Below, piece after piece: positions 1-10,000 of a stretch of 64,000 nucleotides of DNA. Source of the DNA: Giardia intestinalis (taxonomy: Eukaryota); assembly GCA_000002435.2 (NCBI GenBank), contig CM018791.1; one strand, 5' to 3'. The translations under genes were made by a program, and so were the position numbers. The notes beneath the pieces were generated by a model. It was not told where the DNA came from. It made no database searches and worked only from the letters and a program-made list of their open reading frames with translations. Positions within the stretch are counted from its first letter, which is position 1. Each line of letters starts with the position of its first letter.

Positions 1-425
1 AAAATCTGCCGAACATTAGGCCGCCGACCTGCTGGGTGGCGCTTCCAACGCAAAGCCCGGGGCCAGGCTACCACAGACAGCTTCTTGCGTGTCCATGGTA
101 ACTGGCCACTAGTCTCCGAGAAGACCCCCAGATCGCCGTGGATACATGTTTATACTCTAGCATAGTATTCATAGCCTGTAGCAATCCTGTCAATATAAGC
201 CGTACATAGCGTAAGAATTCTGTTGGTGTTTAAGCCGTAGTTACCCGTCACAAGCACTGTAATGAATGACAGGTCAGGAAGAGACAGCGAGATCGCGAAA
301 CCAGGTTGATATGCCAGAATAAGGATGAGCACCCTTGGGTCCATAGAGCTGAGTCCTTATAGAATTATGCAAAACGACTCATCTGTTACTTAGAGGGTTT
401 GCTGGTAACGAGGACATAATTGGAT

Positions 426-758
426 CTATGCATTTGAGGAACTATCAAGAGGACTGCCTAAAGTGCTTTCAGAGCAATTTTGCAAAGAACACACCTCCTC
501 CACAGCTACCATAGCACACCCATATGCATGCAGATAGTTACGCACACGAATAGCTTGCTTCCGAGTAAGGTGTGCTCGTTTGTAGTCATGTGCATCAAAG
601 AGGGCTGAAAATGCCTGTAAAGCAACCTGAGAGCCCAGGCTTTCCCAGAAGTGAAGATTCATTATCGTCTTCGCACGTTCTATATGCTTAGGACCAGATT
701 CAACGCCTTCATCCTCTGTGTCTGGGGCTGGTGCGCGAGATGGGAAAAGAATGGGCAT
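426..758 (-). CDS. Hypothetical small protein (about 110 aa). The ORF-track start at 866 is a TTG; the first ATG is at 758, and a shorter alternative ATG is at 662.
   Basis: Open frame of 146 codons on the minus strand with ungapped, non-repetitive sequence. No recognisable domain. Start codon is uncertain. Confidence 0.3.
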   Translation of the reverse strand: MPILFPSRAPAPDTEDEGVESGPKHIERAKTIMNLHFWESLGSQVALQAFSALFDAHDYKRAHLTRKQAIRVRNYLHAYGCAMVAVEEVCSLQNCSESTLGSPLDSSSNA

Positions 759-823
759 AGGTCTTCTGTTAGATCGCAGAGAAAGAGTGAAAGGACGAGT
801 AGAAGAAAATAAAAAACATAAAA

Positions 824-1486
824 ATGGACGATTCTGGTAACGATATTGGAGAGCAGCTCCGCACAAAAATCAACTCCCTGAGAACACAGCTAGCCACACT
901 CAAGGACAGCGCGCGCAGTGCCATACAGGACGATGATATAGCCCGCTTAGCTCTATTGCAGGGCAAGGTCACCGAGATCTCAGGGGCACTTACATCTCTA
1001 AAAGCTGAGTTCAAAGCTCTTACGTTATCTGACAACCTAACACGTGAGCTAGATCAGCTTTTAGTGTTTTTAGAGACAGGTGTTAACAGTCTTAAGAGCG
1101 AGCTCAGACAGGCAGACCGCGGGCCGGTAGTGACGACAGTTGACGTACCCACTGTCGTAACCCGAGAGGTGCTGCAGACTCTCGATACAAAGAAGGACAA
1201 CGAAATACTAAAGTTGGCGGATAATGTGAAGATAATCGCCGAGGTTAACAATCGTATCAATGAGAAGCTGGATGAGGGGGCAGAGGTCATGGAGGATGTT
1301 GACACGGAAATAGTGGCAGCGCAGGAAAAGATTGACCAGGCTGTGGGTAGAATGAAGCTCTTCCAGAGCTACATGAAGAAAACAAAGGTCCCTGCCTCTG
1401 TCTGCATTCTTACCTTCATTTTCCTGATTATCGTTTGGTCGTCTAAAGCATTCTGCTCATGGGGATTCACGTGGCAGTGTCCTTAA
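824..1486 (+). CDS. Tail-anchored coiled-coil protein, Q-SNARE (syntaxin-like) candidate
   Basis: 220 aa. Heptad coiled-coil with a SNARE-like segment '...IVAAQEKIDQAVGRMKLF...' containing a central Gln, followed directly by one C-terminal TM helix (VCILTFIFLIIVW). A-rich initiator 'aaaaaacataaaaATG'. Confidence 0.55.
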   Translation: MDDSGNDIGEQLRTKINSLRTQLATLKDSARSAIQDDDIARLALLQGKVTEISGALTSLKAEFKALTLSDNLTRELDQLLVFLETGVNSLKSELRQADRGPVVTTVDVPTVVTREVLQTLDTKKDNEILKLADNVKIIAEVNNRINEKLDEGAEVMEDVDTEIVAAQEKIDQAVGRMKLFQSYMKKTKVPASVCILTFIFLIIVWSSKAFCSWGFTWQCP

Positions 1487-1524
1487 GCCGCCCTGCGGCA
1501 CCGCGAACTTTATGTAAACAATTA

Positions 1525-2661
1525 ATGGTATCCTTGCTTGACCCTGCCTTATCTCCCCACGGTTCGCGCTCATTGACATCGCCGCGGGTGTTGGTTGCTC
1601 TTGCGCGCTTGGGGCTGTCACCAGAAGAGCTGGAGCATGACTTACAGGCTCAGGTCCAGGACAAGAGCTGCGACCCTTATTCAAAAGAAACAAGGCATAA
1701 GTTGGATGCTGTAAAACACATGACCGAATTTGTAGACAAGTATGGTGTCACAGAAGAAGAGGGGAAGCTCTACAGCCTCGAGTCCCTTGTTTCCGCGAAT
1801 CCTCTAACAAATGAAGTTGCTGAGCTGTGCACGTCTTACAAGGCGCAGTCTATCCGGGGACTAAAGCACAAACACGACGATCTCAACGTTGAAGAGCATC
1901 CACTTGCCAACACATGGAGCAACAGGAAAAGAACGAAGCCTTCAAACTCACCAAAGAAAGCCCATGCGTCTCCTGAGTACTCACGAACTCAAAGACAGAA
2001 TAGGGCTCTATTTGCATCACAACCACTGTCATTTGACGATCGCATAGCTCAGAAGCGAGCAAGCATCAGCGCTGAAAAGGCAAGAATGATAGCCAGAGTC
2101 GAAGATGCGCTGCAGACACATGCAAGGGACATGAACGCGCAGACCACTTACCAGCAGAAGAAGGCTACCAGGCGATATGAAGCCCTTGAGCGGCTTTTAA
2201 AGGAGAAGGAGGAAGCCAGACAAGATCACCTTCTGAAGCAGCAGTTATCTGTTCAGCGCAGAGAAAACGCGGTGAAGACACTGGCGGAGATTGACCTGAA
2301 CCGATCAACGCTTCTACAGTACAATCTACACGTGAAGGAGCTCAAGCGACGACGCTTCCTAGAACTCCAAGATTGCGAACGGGAGCAGCAGAGGCAAAAG
2401 GGGCTCCTCAATAGCTTTTATGCAGATGTCGTTCGGCATCGTCGCGAGGAACGCCTGGCAAAGAAACAACAGTTGGCCGAAATGGCGATTGCGGCAAAAC
2501 AGAAGGTGTTCTCCCTGTTGAATCACCAAGCTGTCATAAATGCTTGTCACCGTGGCTTACAAATGCGGAATTCTCTTACGAAGGAGGCTACTAAATTGAG
2601 CAGCCACGCTTCCACAACCTTCGGACACTTGCCAGAACAGAGAAGTAATTGGGCTCAGTAA
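1525..2661 (+). CDS. Hypothetical coiled-coil protein. The ORF track starts at an ATG at 1459, which overlaps the upstream gene; the ATG at 1525 has the A/T-rich context 'aaacaattaATG'.
   Basis: Long open frame (379-400 aa). The C-terminal half is K/E/R/Q-rich with coiled-coil character. No domain recognised. Confidence 0.5.
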   Translation: MVSLLDPALSPHGSRSLTSPRVLVALARLGLSPEELEHDLQAQVQDKSCDPYSKETRHKLDAVKHMTEFVDKYGVTEEEGKLYSLESLVSANPLTNEVAELCTSYKAQSIRGLKHKHDDLNVEEHPLANTWSNRKRTKPSNSPKKAHASPEYSRTQRQNRALFASQPLSFDDRIAQKRASISAEKARMIARVEDALQTHARDMNAQTTYQQKKATRRYEALERLLKEKEEARQDHLLKQQLSVQRRENAVKTLAEIDLNRSTLLQYNLHVKELKRRRFLELQDCEREQQRQKGLLNSFYADVVRHRREERLAKKQQLAEMAIAAKQKVFSLLNHQAVINACHRGLQMRNSLTKEATKLSSHASTTFGHLPEQRSNWAQ

Positions 2662-2759
2662 GGGCTCGTGCAGAAACAACGAAGGATGCGGAGACCTTCT
2701 TTATATACCCACAGTTGAACCCTTGCGCCCGATATTCTAGTAATTTGCTCGCGCAAAAA

Positions 2760-3314
2760 ATGCCATTAGCCCGAAATCAACATTCCGACCCCCCGGACGA
2801 GCGTCCTATCTACATCTTCTACGTCCCAGAGGAGGAGTTCCAAGAGTCCATTGTCATGTATCTGAAGGAGCTTTCCCATGCGCGGTACATGCCAACCGGA
2901 ATCCATGCGTTGTTATCAGAATTGGACCTCTCGTCCGATGCGCATCTTGACGTTTTCATCTACACATGTAGCATACTCAAGCGAATCTCAAGGAGGAGCC
3001 CATCGTTGCTGACCATTGAAACCATATTGGATTACTTTGCTGCCTGCTTCATTATCTCGTACAGTATGCTCTCCGACCTCACCCCACCCCTGCATGAATG
3101 GGCCGACGCCCTGGGGAAGCCATATAGTGAACGAAGGCTTTTGCAGCTCCAACGGAAGGCTCTTCTCCTCCTCCACTGGAAGATCTTCATCTCTAGACGG
3201 CAGTACGACTGGATGTGCCGTGAGATCCAGCGCACTCATGCGGAGCTGGGCTATAAGCCTCCCACGCGCTCCAAACACTTCGACTACAGAGATTATTGGC
3301 GAGGCTTCCGGTAA
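2760..3314 (+). CDS. PHO80-like (P/U-type) cyclin-fold protein
   Basis: The ORF-track start at 2649 is TTG. The first ATG at 2760 is preceded by 'gcgcaaaaaATG'. The core '...TCSILKRISRRSPSLLTIETILDYFAACFIISYSM...EWADALGKPYSERRLLQLQRKALLLLHWKIFISRRQY' matches the Pho85-cyclin box pattern (YAKVGGIS..ELN.LE..FL..LD..L.V). Confidence 0.5.
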   Translation: MPLARNQHSDPPDERPIYIFYVPEEEFQESIVMYLKELSHARYMPTGIHALLSELDLSSDAHLDVFIYTCSILKRISRRSPSLLTIETILDYFAACFIISYSMLSDLTPPLHEWADALGKPYSERRLLQLQRKALLLLHWKIFISRRQYDWMCREIQRTHAELGYKPPTRSKHFDYRDYWRGFR

Positions 3315-3462
3315 GGCAGATAAACTAGTGTGATTTACAGTAATATACCACGTTTGACAGTGCACTAATGCTAGTTAGGTCACCATGTTAGTTGTATTTC
3401 GTAGTAATAGTAGTAAGTAGTCGAACAGTGTCGAAGATATAGCTACATCTCGCTGTGCTTAG

Positions 3463-4416
3463 TTAGAGCTCTTTCTTGTCGTTCTTTGTCTTCTTACTCT
3501 TGAGCTTCTCCAGCTGCTTCTCTAATTCTGCCACTCGCTTCTCCAGCGTGAGCATTCTCGATCGTGTGGCGGTATTTGGAACGGACGATCCAGCAGATCC
3601 CTTGTCTTCTTTGCCTTTTTTCATCTTCTCCTCTGCCTGCTTAATGTGCTCTTCGAATGCTTTGCTCGTTTTGTCTTGTGCTTCCCGTCGTCGATCCAAA
3701 GTCTCCTTGTCCGATTTGATCTCTGCTTGAACAAAAGCGTCGACATCTGCACCAGCCTGACCACCCAGATAGTGTGTCCATATTCCATTGCTATAGACAG
3801 CAAACGTCGGGACTCGGTCTATGTGCACCGCGCCACACTCTTTGAGCATGTCGTCACAGTTGAGTGCGTAGAACTGTACGGACGGGTCAGCAGCGTGCAT
3901 TCTCGTTGCAGAGCGCAGAATGGAGATTGCCGTACTCGGACACGCTGCACATTTCTTCCGCGAGACGAAAAGGACCGCGGCGCCAGAGTGAGTCCCGTTA
4001 TCAACTCCCTTCATGACACTCTCCAGAGACGCGTCCGAGACTACGAGCGAATCATCGTAAGGTGCAAACTTATAGCGGATGTATTCTGATATTCCTGCAA
4101 GAGTAAATTCTCCTCTATACCTCTCTGCGTTCATCTCTTCGTAGACTAGAACATAGAGCGCCGGAAGGTTTTGAAGGTCAGGTGTCCCAAATATCTGCGC
4201 GTTGGCTTCGTCGTCCTTGTCAACCAGGAAGGTGTTATTGTGCAGGGCCATGACAGCATCTATTACCTCGCGCTGGTCATCCGTCAAGCCCGAGGAAGAT
4301 CCAAAGAAGGTGATCACGTCACCGGTGAGGGCTTTGATCTCGTCAAACTTCTTAATTGTAAGAGTGCAAAATGTGACAAGCAAGAGAAGCAGGAGCATTT
4401 TTCGAAACCTTGGCAT
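3463..4416 (-). CDS. ER-resident thioredoxin-fold (PDI-like) protein with an atypical CAAC active site and a C-terminal KKEL
   Basis: N-terminal signal peptide (MPRFRKMLLLLLLVTFCTL). Thioredoxin-fold segment 'VLFVSRKKCAACPS...VPTFAVY' with a cis-Pro loop. K/E-rich coiled tail ending in the KDEL-type retrieval signal '...NDKKEL'. Confidence 0.65.
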   Translation of the reverse strand: MPRFRKMLLLLLLVTFCTLTIKKFDEIKALTGDVITFFGSSSGLTDDQREVIDAVMALHNNTFLVDKDDEANAQIFGTPDLQNLPALYVLVYEEMNAERYRGEFTLAGISEYIRYKFAPYDDSLVVSDASLESVMKGVDNGTHSGAAVLFVSRKKCAACPSTAISILRSATRMHAADPSVQFYALNCDDMLKECGAVHIDRVPTFAVYSNGIWTHYLGGQAGADVDAFVQAEIKSDKETLDRRREAQDKTSKAFEEHIKQAEEKMKKGKEDKGSAGSSVPNTATRSRMLTLEKRVAELEKQLEKLKSKKTKNDKKEL

Positions 4417-4431
4417 TTAGTATCTATTATA

Positions 4432-4447
4432 ATGTGACATGTCACAT
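4432..4447. promoter_or_regulatory. Perfect 16-bp palindrome ATGTGACATGTCACAT in the 108-bp divergent promoter between the PDI-like gene and the DMT transporter gene
   Basis: Read directly from the sequence: 'aATGTGACATGTCACATgag'. The sequence is its own reverse complement. It sits 16 bp upstream of the minus-strand ATG at 4416 and 78 bp upstream of the plus-strand ATG at 4525. Confidence 0.3.
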
Positions 4448-4524
4448 GAGTAATTAATAATCAGTTAAAATCACCATGCTCTTAAGGATTCATTTTTGTA
4501 TCGTTCACAATCACTACAGGCTCG

Positions 4525-5793
4525 ATGTGGTGCAGGATCAACCCTAAGTATCATACCTTGCTCCTCATTATAGTGATGATGACCACGGGAACCCTCAACA
4601 CCGTTTCCAGGAAGATTTCATACCAAATGGAGGGTAAGAACATCGAGGGTCAACAAGAGCCATATAACAAAGCGTGGATAACGACTTTCTTCATGTTCGT
4701 TGGCGAAAGTATCTGTTTGGCCATCTTTTACATAAAACGATGCCTTGTTAAGCGAAATGTTTCTATGACGTCTCTCGATATGACTGCTAATGAGGTGACT
4801 GAATACGAGCAGGAAAACATTACGATCCTCAATGACATTACGCACACGTCTGTCTACACAGAGGCAGCTGAGCCTCCGCAGGACACTCAAACGACAGTGA
4901 CAAATTTGAGGAAGCCTGTAACAGGGTCGTTACCCTATTGGAAATTCGTGTTTGCGACGGCTTGTTTCGCTATTCTAGATCTTGTGCAGACAACGGCCTT
5001 CAATATAGCCATGGTATATGTGCCGGCGTCTGCGGCCCAGATTCTCCGAGGATTCGCCATAGTCTTCTGTTTGGTTCTCGCGATCCCCTTGCTGAAGAGG
5101 AAGCCGAAAATGTGGGAGATTATGGGGGTTTGCTTTGCGTTTCTTGGGCTAGCTCTGGTCGGTATTGCCACTACCATCCAGGAGCAGAACCTAGGAGAGT
5201 ATGGAAGCACATTTACGACTATTATGGGTGTTTTCCTTGTAATTTCTGGCCAGCTTTTTTCTGCGACGCAGTTCCTCATGGAGGAGAAGATTCTCAAGAG
5301 TCAGGACATAGACCCCCTAATGGTTGTCGGCTGGGAGGGTGTCTGTGGCGTGATTCTGTCGCTGTGCGTTGCGTGCCCGCTGGCACACGTGATACCTGGC
5401 AGCGACCACGGGAGCCTGGAGAACTATGCTAACTCGTGGTATATGTCCTTCGTCAACGGGAGCATCATAGCCATGAACATCCTGTATGTGTTGTCCATTC
5501 TCTTCTTCAACTGGTCTGGGCTGACTGTCGGGAAGTCCCTTACGTCGACCCATCGGTCTCTGTTCGACAATTTGAGATCGCTGTTGATATGGGTCATCAT
5601 GGTCATAATATACTATTCGACGAGGCACTACAATCGCCCGTACGGGGAGCCCCTCACCCTCTACTCACTTCTGGAGCTGTTTGGATTTGGGGTAATGATC
5701 TTGGGCGTCATGATTCACAACGACGTCCGTGGGTTTGGCGCGAAGGCTACGTGCAGAGATGAGCGAAAGACAAAATATAAATCCTTTAAGTAA
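4525..5793 (+). CDS. Drug/metabolite-transporter (DMT) superfamily membrane transporter (SLC35F/CRT-like)
   Basis: 422 aa with about 10 predicted TM helices. Duplicated EamA-like halves (for example 'AFNIAMVYVPASAAQILRGFAIVFCLVLAIPLL'). Polytopic throughout. Confidence 0.6.
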   Translation: MWCRINPKYHTLLLIIVMMTTGTLNTVSRKISYQMEGKNIEGQQEPYNKAWITTFFMFVGESICLAIFYIKRCLVKRNVSMTSLDMTANEVTEYEQENITILNDITHTSVYTEAAEPPQDTQTTVTNLRKPVTGSLPYWKFVFATACFAILDLVQTTAFNIAMVYVPASAAQILRGFAIVFCLVLAIPLLKRKPKMWEIMGVCFAFLGLALVGIATTIQEQNLGEYGSTFTTIMGVFLVISGQLFSATQFLMEEKILKSQDIDPLMVVGWEGVCGVILSLCVACPLAHVIPGSDHGSLENYANSWYMSFVNGSIIAMNILYVLSILFFNWSGLTVGKSLTSTHRSLFDNLRSLLIWVIMVIIYYSTRHYNRPYGEPLTLYSLLELFGFGVMILGVMIHNDVRGFGAKATCRDERKTKYKSFK

Positions 5794-5992
5794 TGACAAT
5801 TGATAGAATTATTACAGGGTGGCTGTTGACCTAAGTTATAGTTCTGTCCTTTAAGCTTGTTGTTTTTAGAGATACTTATGAACCTGGGTATCAGTTAATC
5901 AATAAGTGAATGTTGAAGGATAGAATCGTCAGTAGCCTTTTTTCTAAAATTCGTCGGTATCCAGGCATCATTCACACACACGGTACTTCCTT

Positions 5993-7012
5993 ATGCTGAG
6001 CTCTGTTTTTCTTCCAGCATATTACACCGGTACTACAGATGTCATCAACGGACTAGAAAGTCTCGCTGCGCAGAGAACTTGCAGCAAGCCTCGAAGGAGG
6101 CACTCCATACGCAGTTATAGAGCAGCTTCTATAGACCCAGCTGAAGTAGAACAAGAATGTCCACCACCATTGCCGCCGCCACTGCCTAGGCCAAACACAA
6201 TTTTAGATTTTATTCATTCACCTTTACGGCCTATAGAGGCTAGTTCACAAAAGCAGAGGCGCAGCGTTAGTGAACACCCTGCTCGCCACCATGGTGTCCG
6301 CCCCCCTATCTTAGATGCATCCATTTCTCAGCCACCCCAGATCCTGGAGTCTCTTCCTAAGAGCCGGTCCTTCAGCGAAGAGCCTGGCCCTCCCGAGAAG
6401 CCTCGCTACCCAAAGGCAAGGATTTCTGCAGACAGGCTAGATAGGCTCTACAGGACATACAGCAGAAGGTTCACTACGAAGATAGCAAACCAGAAACGGG
6501 CCACCAGTGTAAACAGTTGGTCTCAGAAGAAGGCCGAGAAAGATAGAGAAACGCTCGATGCAATAACCAGAATAGAAAGCACACCGTGTATGTTCGGTAG
6601 CCCACAGGACCTCGATTCTCTAGCTGTGCAGAAGGCTGAGGTCGTCAGGGCCATAAGTTCCCACAAGGGGAAGAAGCTGACAGAGTCCGCCGCTTCTCTT
6701 GCCGGGGATAAAAGTTTACACTGCCGCAAGTCGTACCTGGGAAAGTATTACTCGCTTCGTTACCTCGACAGGATTGCTGAGTGTGAAGCAGACAAGGCCA
6801 TCATTGCAAACGCAAAGAAGGTTGCTGCGGATGTGGGGCTTGCAGACAACTCCAGCACAAAGCTATGGGCTAAGATAACCCTGGATGAAGATGAAGGAGG
6901 ATACAACATCAGCATACGCGCACCCCTCGATTTCCTCTTTGAAAAGTCCCCTGTCCACGACACACTCCAGACCATATACGAGACAGCATCTGAGCGGAAT
7001 ATGTACACATAA
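5993..7012 (+). CDS. Hypothetical Pro/Ser-rich protein
   Basis: 339-codon open frame starting at an ATG. PPPLPPPLPRP tract. No domain recognised. Confidence 0.45.
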   Translation: MLSSVFLPAYYTGTTDVINGLESLAAQRTCSKPRRRHSIRSYRAASIDPAEVEQECPPPLPPPLPRPNTILDFIHSPLRPIEASSQKQRRSVSEHPARHHGVRPPILDASISQPPQILESLPKSRSFSEEPGPPEKPRYPKARISADRLDRLYRTYSRRFTTKIANQKRATSVNSWSQKKAEKDRETLDAITRIESTPCMFGSPQDLDSLAVQKAEVVRAISSHKGKKLTESAASLAGDKSLHCRKSYLGKYYSLRYLDRIAECEADKAIIANAKKVAADVGLADNSSTKLWAKITLDEDEGGYNISIRAPLDFLFEKSPVHDTLQTIYETASERNMYT

Positions 7013-7021
7013 TCACTGCTT

Positions 7022-10000
7022 TCAGACTTGATCTGATTGCCTGAGCCGTGCCTGGACCTCCTCTAGACAATTGTCCATCTTCTCCACCCGCTCAATGTCA
7101 CGCCCGACATCTAGAGCGTGTCCCAGACAGTTCCTCTTTAAATGCCTATACTGGTGATACAACAGGTCATGACTGTTCGGGAAGTAGAACCTGCGGATAA
7201 ACGTGTACATCACATCAGGGAGGAGAGCGGCAAACACCACAGAAGAGACGGTCACCCAAAAGTGCAGGGTGTGGCTAGCGAATGACATCGTATTCAGGAG
7301 TGTCTCGGTGATTATGGTCGTGTAGTTGGTCAGCAGAAGCAGGATAACAAATACTGTGACGGTGAAGATCAGGGCTATGAGAGTCGCCCACGACCAGTAC
7401 TTTGTTTGGAGGCATATTTTTATCGTGACAATAAAGATCAGCTCATTGAGCAAGTAGTAACCAAACAGCGTTAGATCTATATTATGCCCATTCATCTCCG
7501 TCACATTATAACTAATAGCAAAACGAGTCAGAAAGTACATGCATAGAGAGTGATAGAACGCAATCAGAATGCGCAAGCCGATGCTCTTGATGTTAGTTTC
7601 TGGCTTTTTCTCAAACACAGAGTAAACCCGGGGATGCACCTCTAGAACGCGGTCCTTGATGTCGTGCTCCGTGAGTGCGTAGATGAAGATTGGAAAGAAC
7701 GTGAGAACTATATTATACATGGTCACCATCATGTCGTTGAACAGGATCTGGCTTGTGAAAAGACATTGACCACTGAACAAGCCGTTAACAAAGACCAGGA
7801 TCAAATTCTTGTAAATGCAGTACTCAATGAGCTCGCTGTTTCGCAGATGGGTGTAGTGGCCGTGCACGAAGAGCAGCCGGCGGAGATACTTAAACTCCGG
7901 CAGAGAGAAGTCGGACGAGTTAGACGCATGCAGGCCCTCGTTGCCCGCAATCCCCACCCCAATGTTCGCTGACTTAATCATCGGGCAGTCGTTCGCCCCG
8001 TCCCCGATGGCCAGTGTTGTTATGTACTTATCCCTGTTCCGGGTCATTGTTACTATTAACGCCTTTTCTTCTGGAGACAATCGGCAGCATACAACAGCCG
8101 TGGAGTGCATCGTTACGCTTAAGAGGAAATCGTGTAAATTATTCATGTAGATCAGCTTGAACACGTCGCTGTCAATCACGGTCGTGAACGGCACGGTTGT
8201 CTTGTACTCCTTCTTTTTCCGATAAAGCTCTGTGAATGAAAAGGCGTCCTTGAGCTGCCTCCCAAACTTGGTAAACTTCTGCTTAACGCTAGACACGTCT
8301 GAGGTTGGCTGTTGTGCTCCTGAGGGCTTCCTATCTTGAGGATGCTCAGATGTATCATAAGTGTTGTACTCTGCAGCGTCTTCGACCCTACGATGTATCA
8401 ATTTGCGCCGTTCCTTTATGACCGTCGGAGACACCCTCTTCTCAAATGCGTCAAGGAGCGTTATTAGTGCCAGTAGCTTGTTCTTTGTAGGGCTCTTTTC
8501 CAGCTTTTCAAGCACGAACTCAGATATGGGAGGGGCTACAACTTCGCCTTGCTTCAGCTTTTCCTCCATCAGAGTGACTTCTTCGTGTGTCAGATATAAC
8601 CACTCAGACTCTGCCGGGGCAAGGTTGCTGCTTCGAGCGATGTTAACTGCTGTCTGGGTCTTGTCACCCGTAAGCATCCACACCTTAATGCCTGCACTCA
8701 ATAGAGTCGCTAACGTCTCCGGAACCATATCTGCTAGGCGGTCCTCGATGGCAGAGGCCGCAAGGAAAGTCAGGTCTCGCTCGAGTCTCTTAGTATGAGA
8801 GATGTATTCAGGGTCACTGTCCGGCTTAATAGATACCTCCCTCCATGTCTTGAGAAAGTTATCTAAAAAGCCTGGGGAAAGCTCCCGAACCGCCCACACG
8901 AGAGTCCGGAGGCCCTCGCACGAAAAGTTGTCAATTGCCGCCTTAATTGGGGGTAGATTCATGGGGTTCTCCCCCAGGATGGGCTTACAGTATGGCAAGA
9001 GGAACGAATCTGCTCCCTTGCTCAACAAAAACGGATTTCCCGGAACGGTGCAGAGCTGAATGGGCGTAAAGAAAACGCGGCGCTTAGATCTGCTATATGA
9101 AAAGCGAGGGAAGCACACTACATCCTTCGGGTCAGGTGTAGGACAGGGTGATCCATTGACCAAATAAGGAGCGATCATTGACGTAAAGTGCTCGGATGGC
9201 TCGATGCCTTCCTCACAAAGGACTATTGACATGCGTTTCCGAGCAGAAGTGAAGGGCACCACAACTGGAAATGTGTAGGTAACAGGGACACTCACTTGTC
9301 GGGGGGCCACAGAGTCCTCGTTCAGTGAGAAGCTGTAATTATACCGAACATATTCTGCCTCACGACCTGTAATAACAAGACGAAAAGCTGCAGCAGCCTT
9401 TGCAAACGCGATTTCATCAGGCGATTCCCCTTGATAAACAAGAGTGCCACCCTTGTCACTAACGATTATTGTGTTGCAAAGGGCGAGGGCATATGTCATA
9501 AGATCACTGACGTGATTCTTCTCCTCTTTGGCCTCTAGAACTAGGGTGGAATGACTGATAGTACACAGTTCAAGCTTTCCTGCTGCAATAACTGTATCGT
9601 ACACACACTGGACTCCATCGAAGAGAGTATAGAATGAGTGGAATATCATCTCGTTACTCGTCAGCGTCCCTGTCTTGTCACTGAAAATAATGTCCACCTC
9701 AGCTAGGTCTTCGATCAGTGCAGACGCCTTGACGACACAATGGACCTTAGCTGGAGGCAGCGGGTCGTAGGCACGCTTGTCAAGCTGAGGGAGAAGCTCG
9801 GCTTTCCGTAACCGCGTGTCCATCTCTATAAAGATACCTTGAACCAACCGCACAAGCTCCAATGAAACAAAGAGCGACATGGGTAGGGCATATGAAAATA
9901 GAACAGCATACGACATCCCTCGCATCAGGAAGGTGCCGAACTTCTTTGTGTTTGGGAAGCCTGCATAAGGATACCTGGTCAGATAGTCGCCGTTCGTTGC

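Noticed and set aside
150-344. 64-aa hydrophobic minus-strand ORF near the left edge
   Set aside because: It is short and isolated, with no start context that I could support. It could be the tail of something outside the window, but I cannot substantiate that.
5789-5795. 'AGTAATG' after the DMT transporter stop, and TGTAAAC/TGTAAAT elements after several other stops (about 21440, 28440, 55553), as polyadenylation signals
   Set aside because: They deviate from AGTRAAY at a conserved position. They may be functional variants, but I did not annotate them as features.
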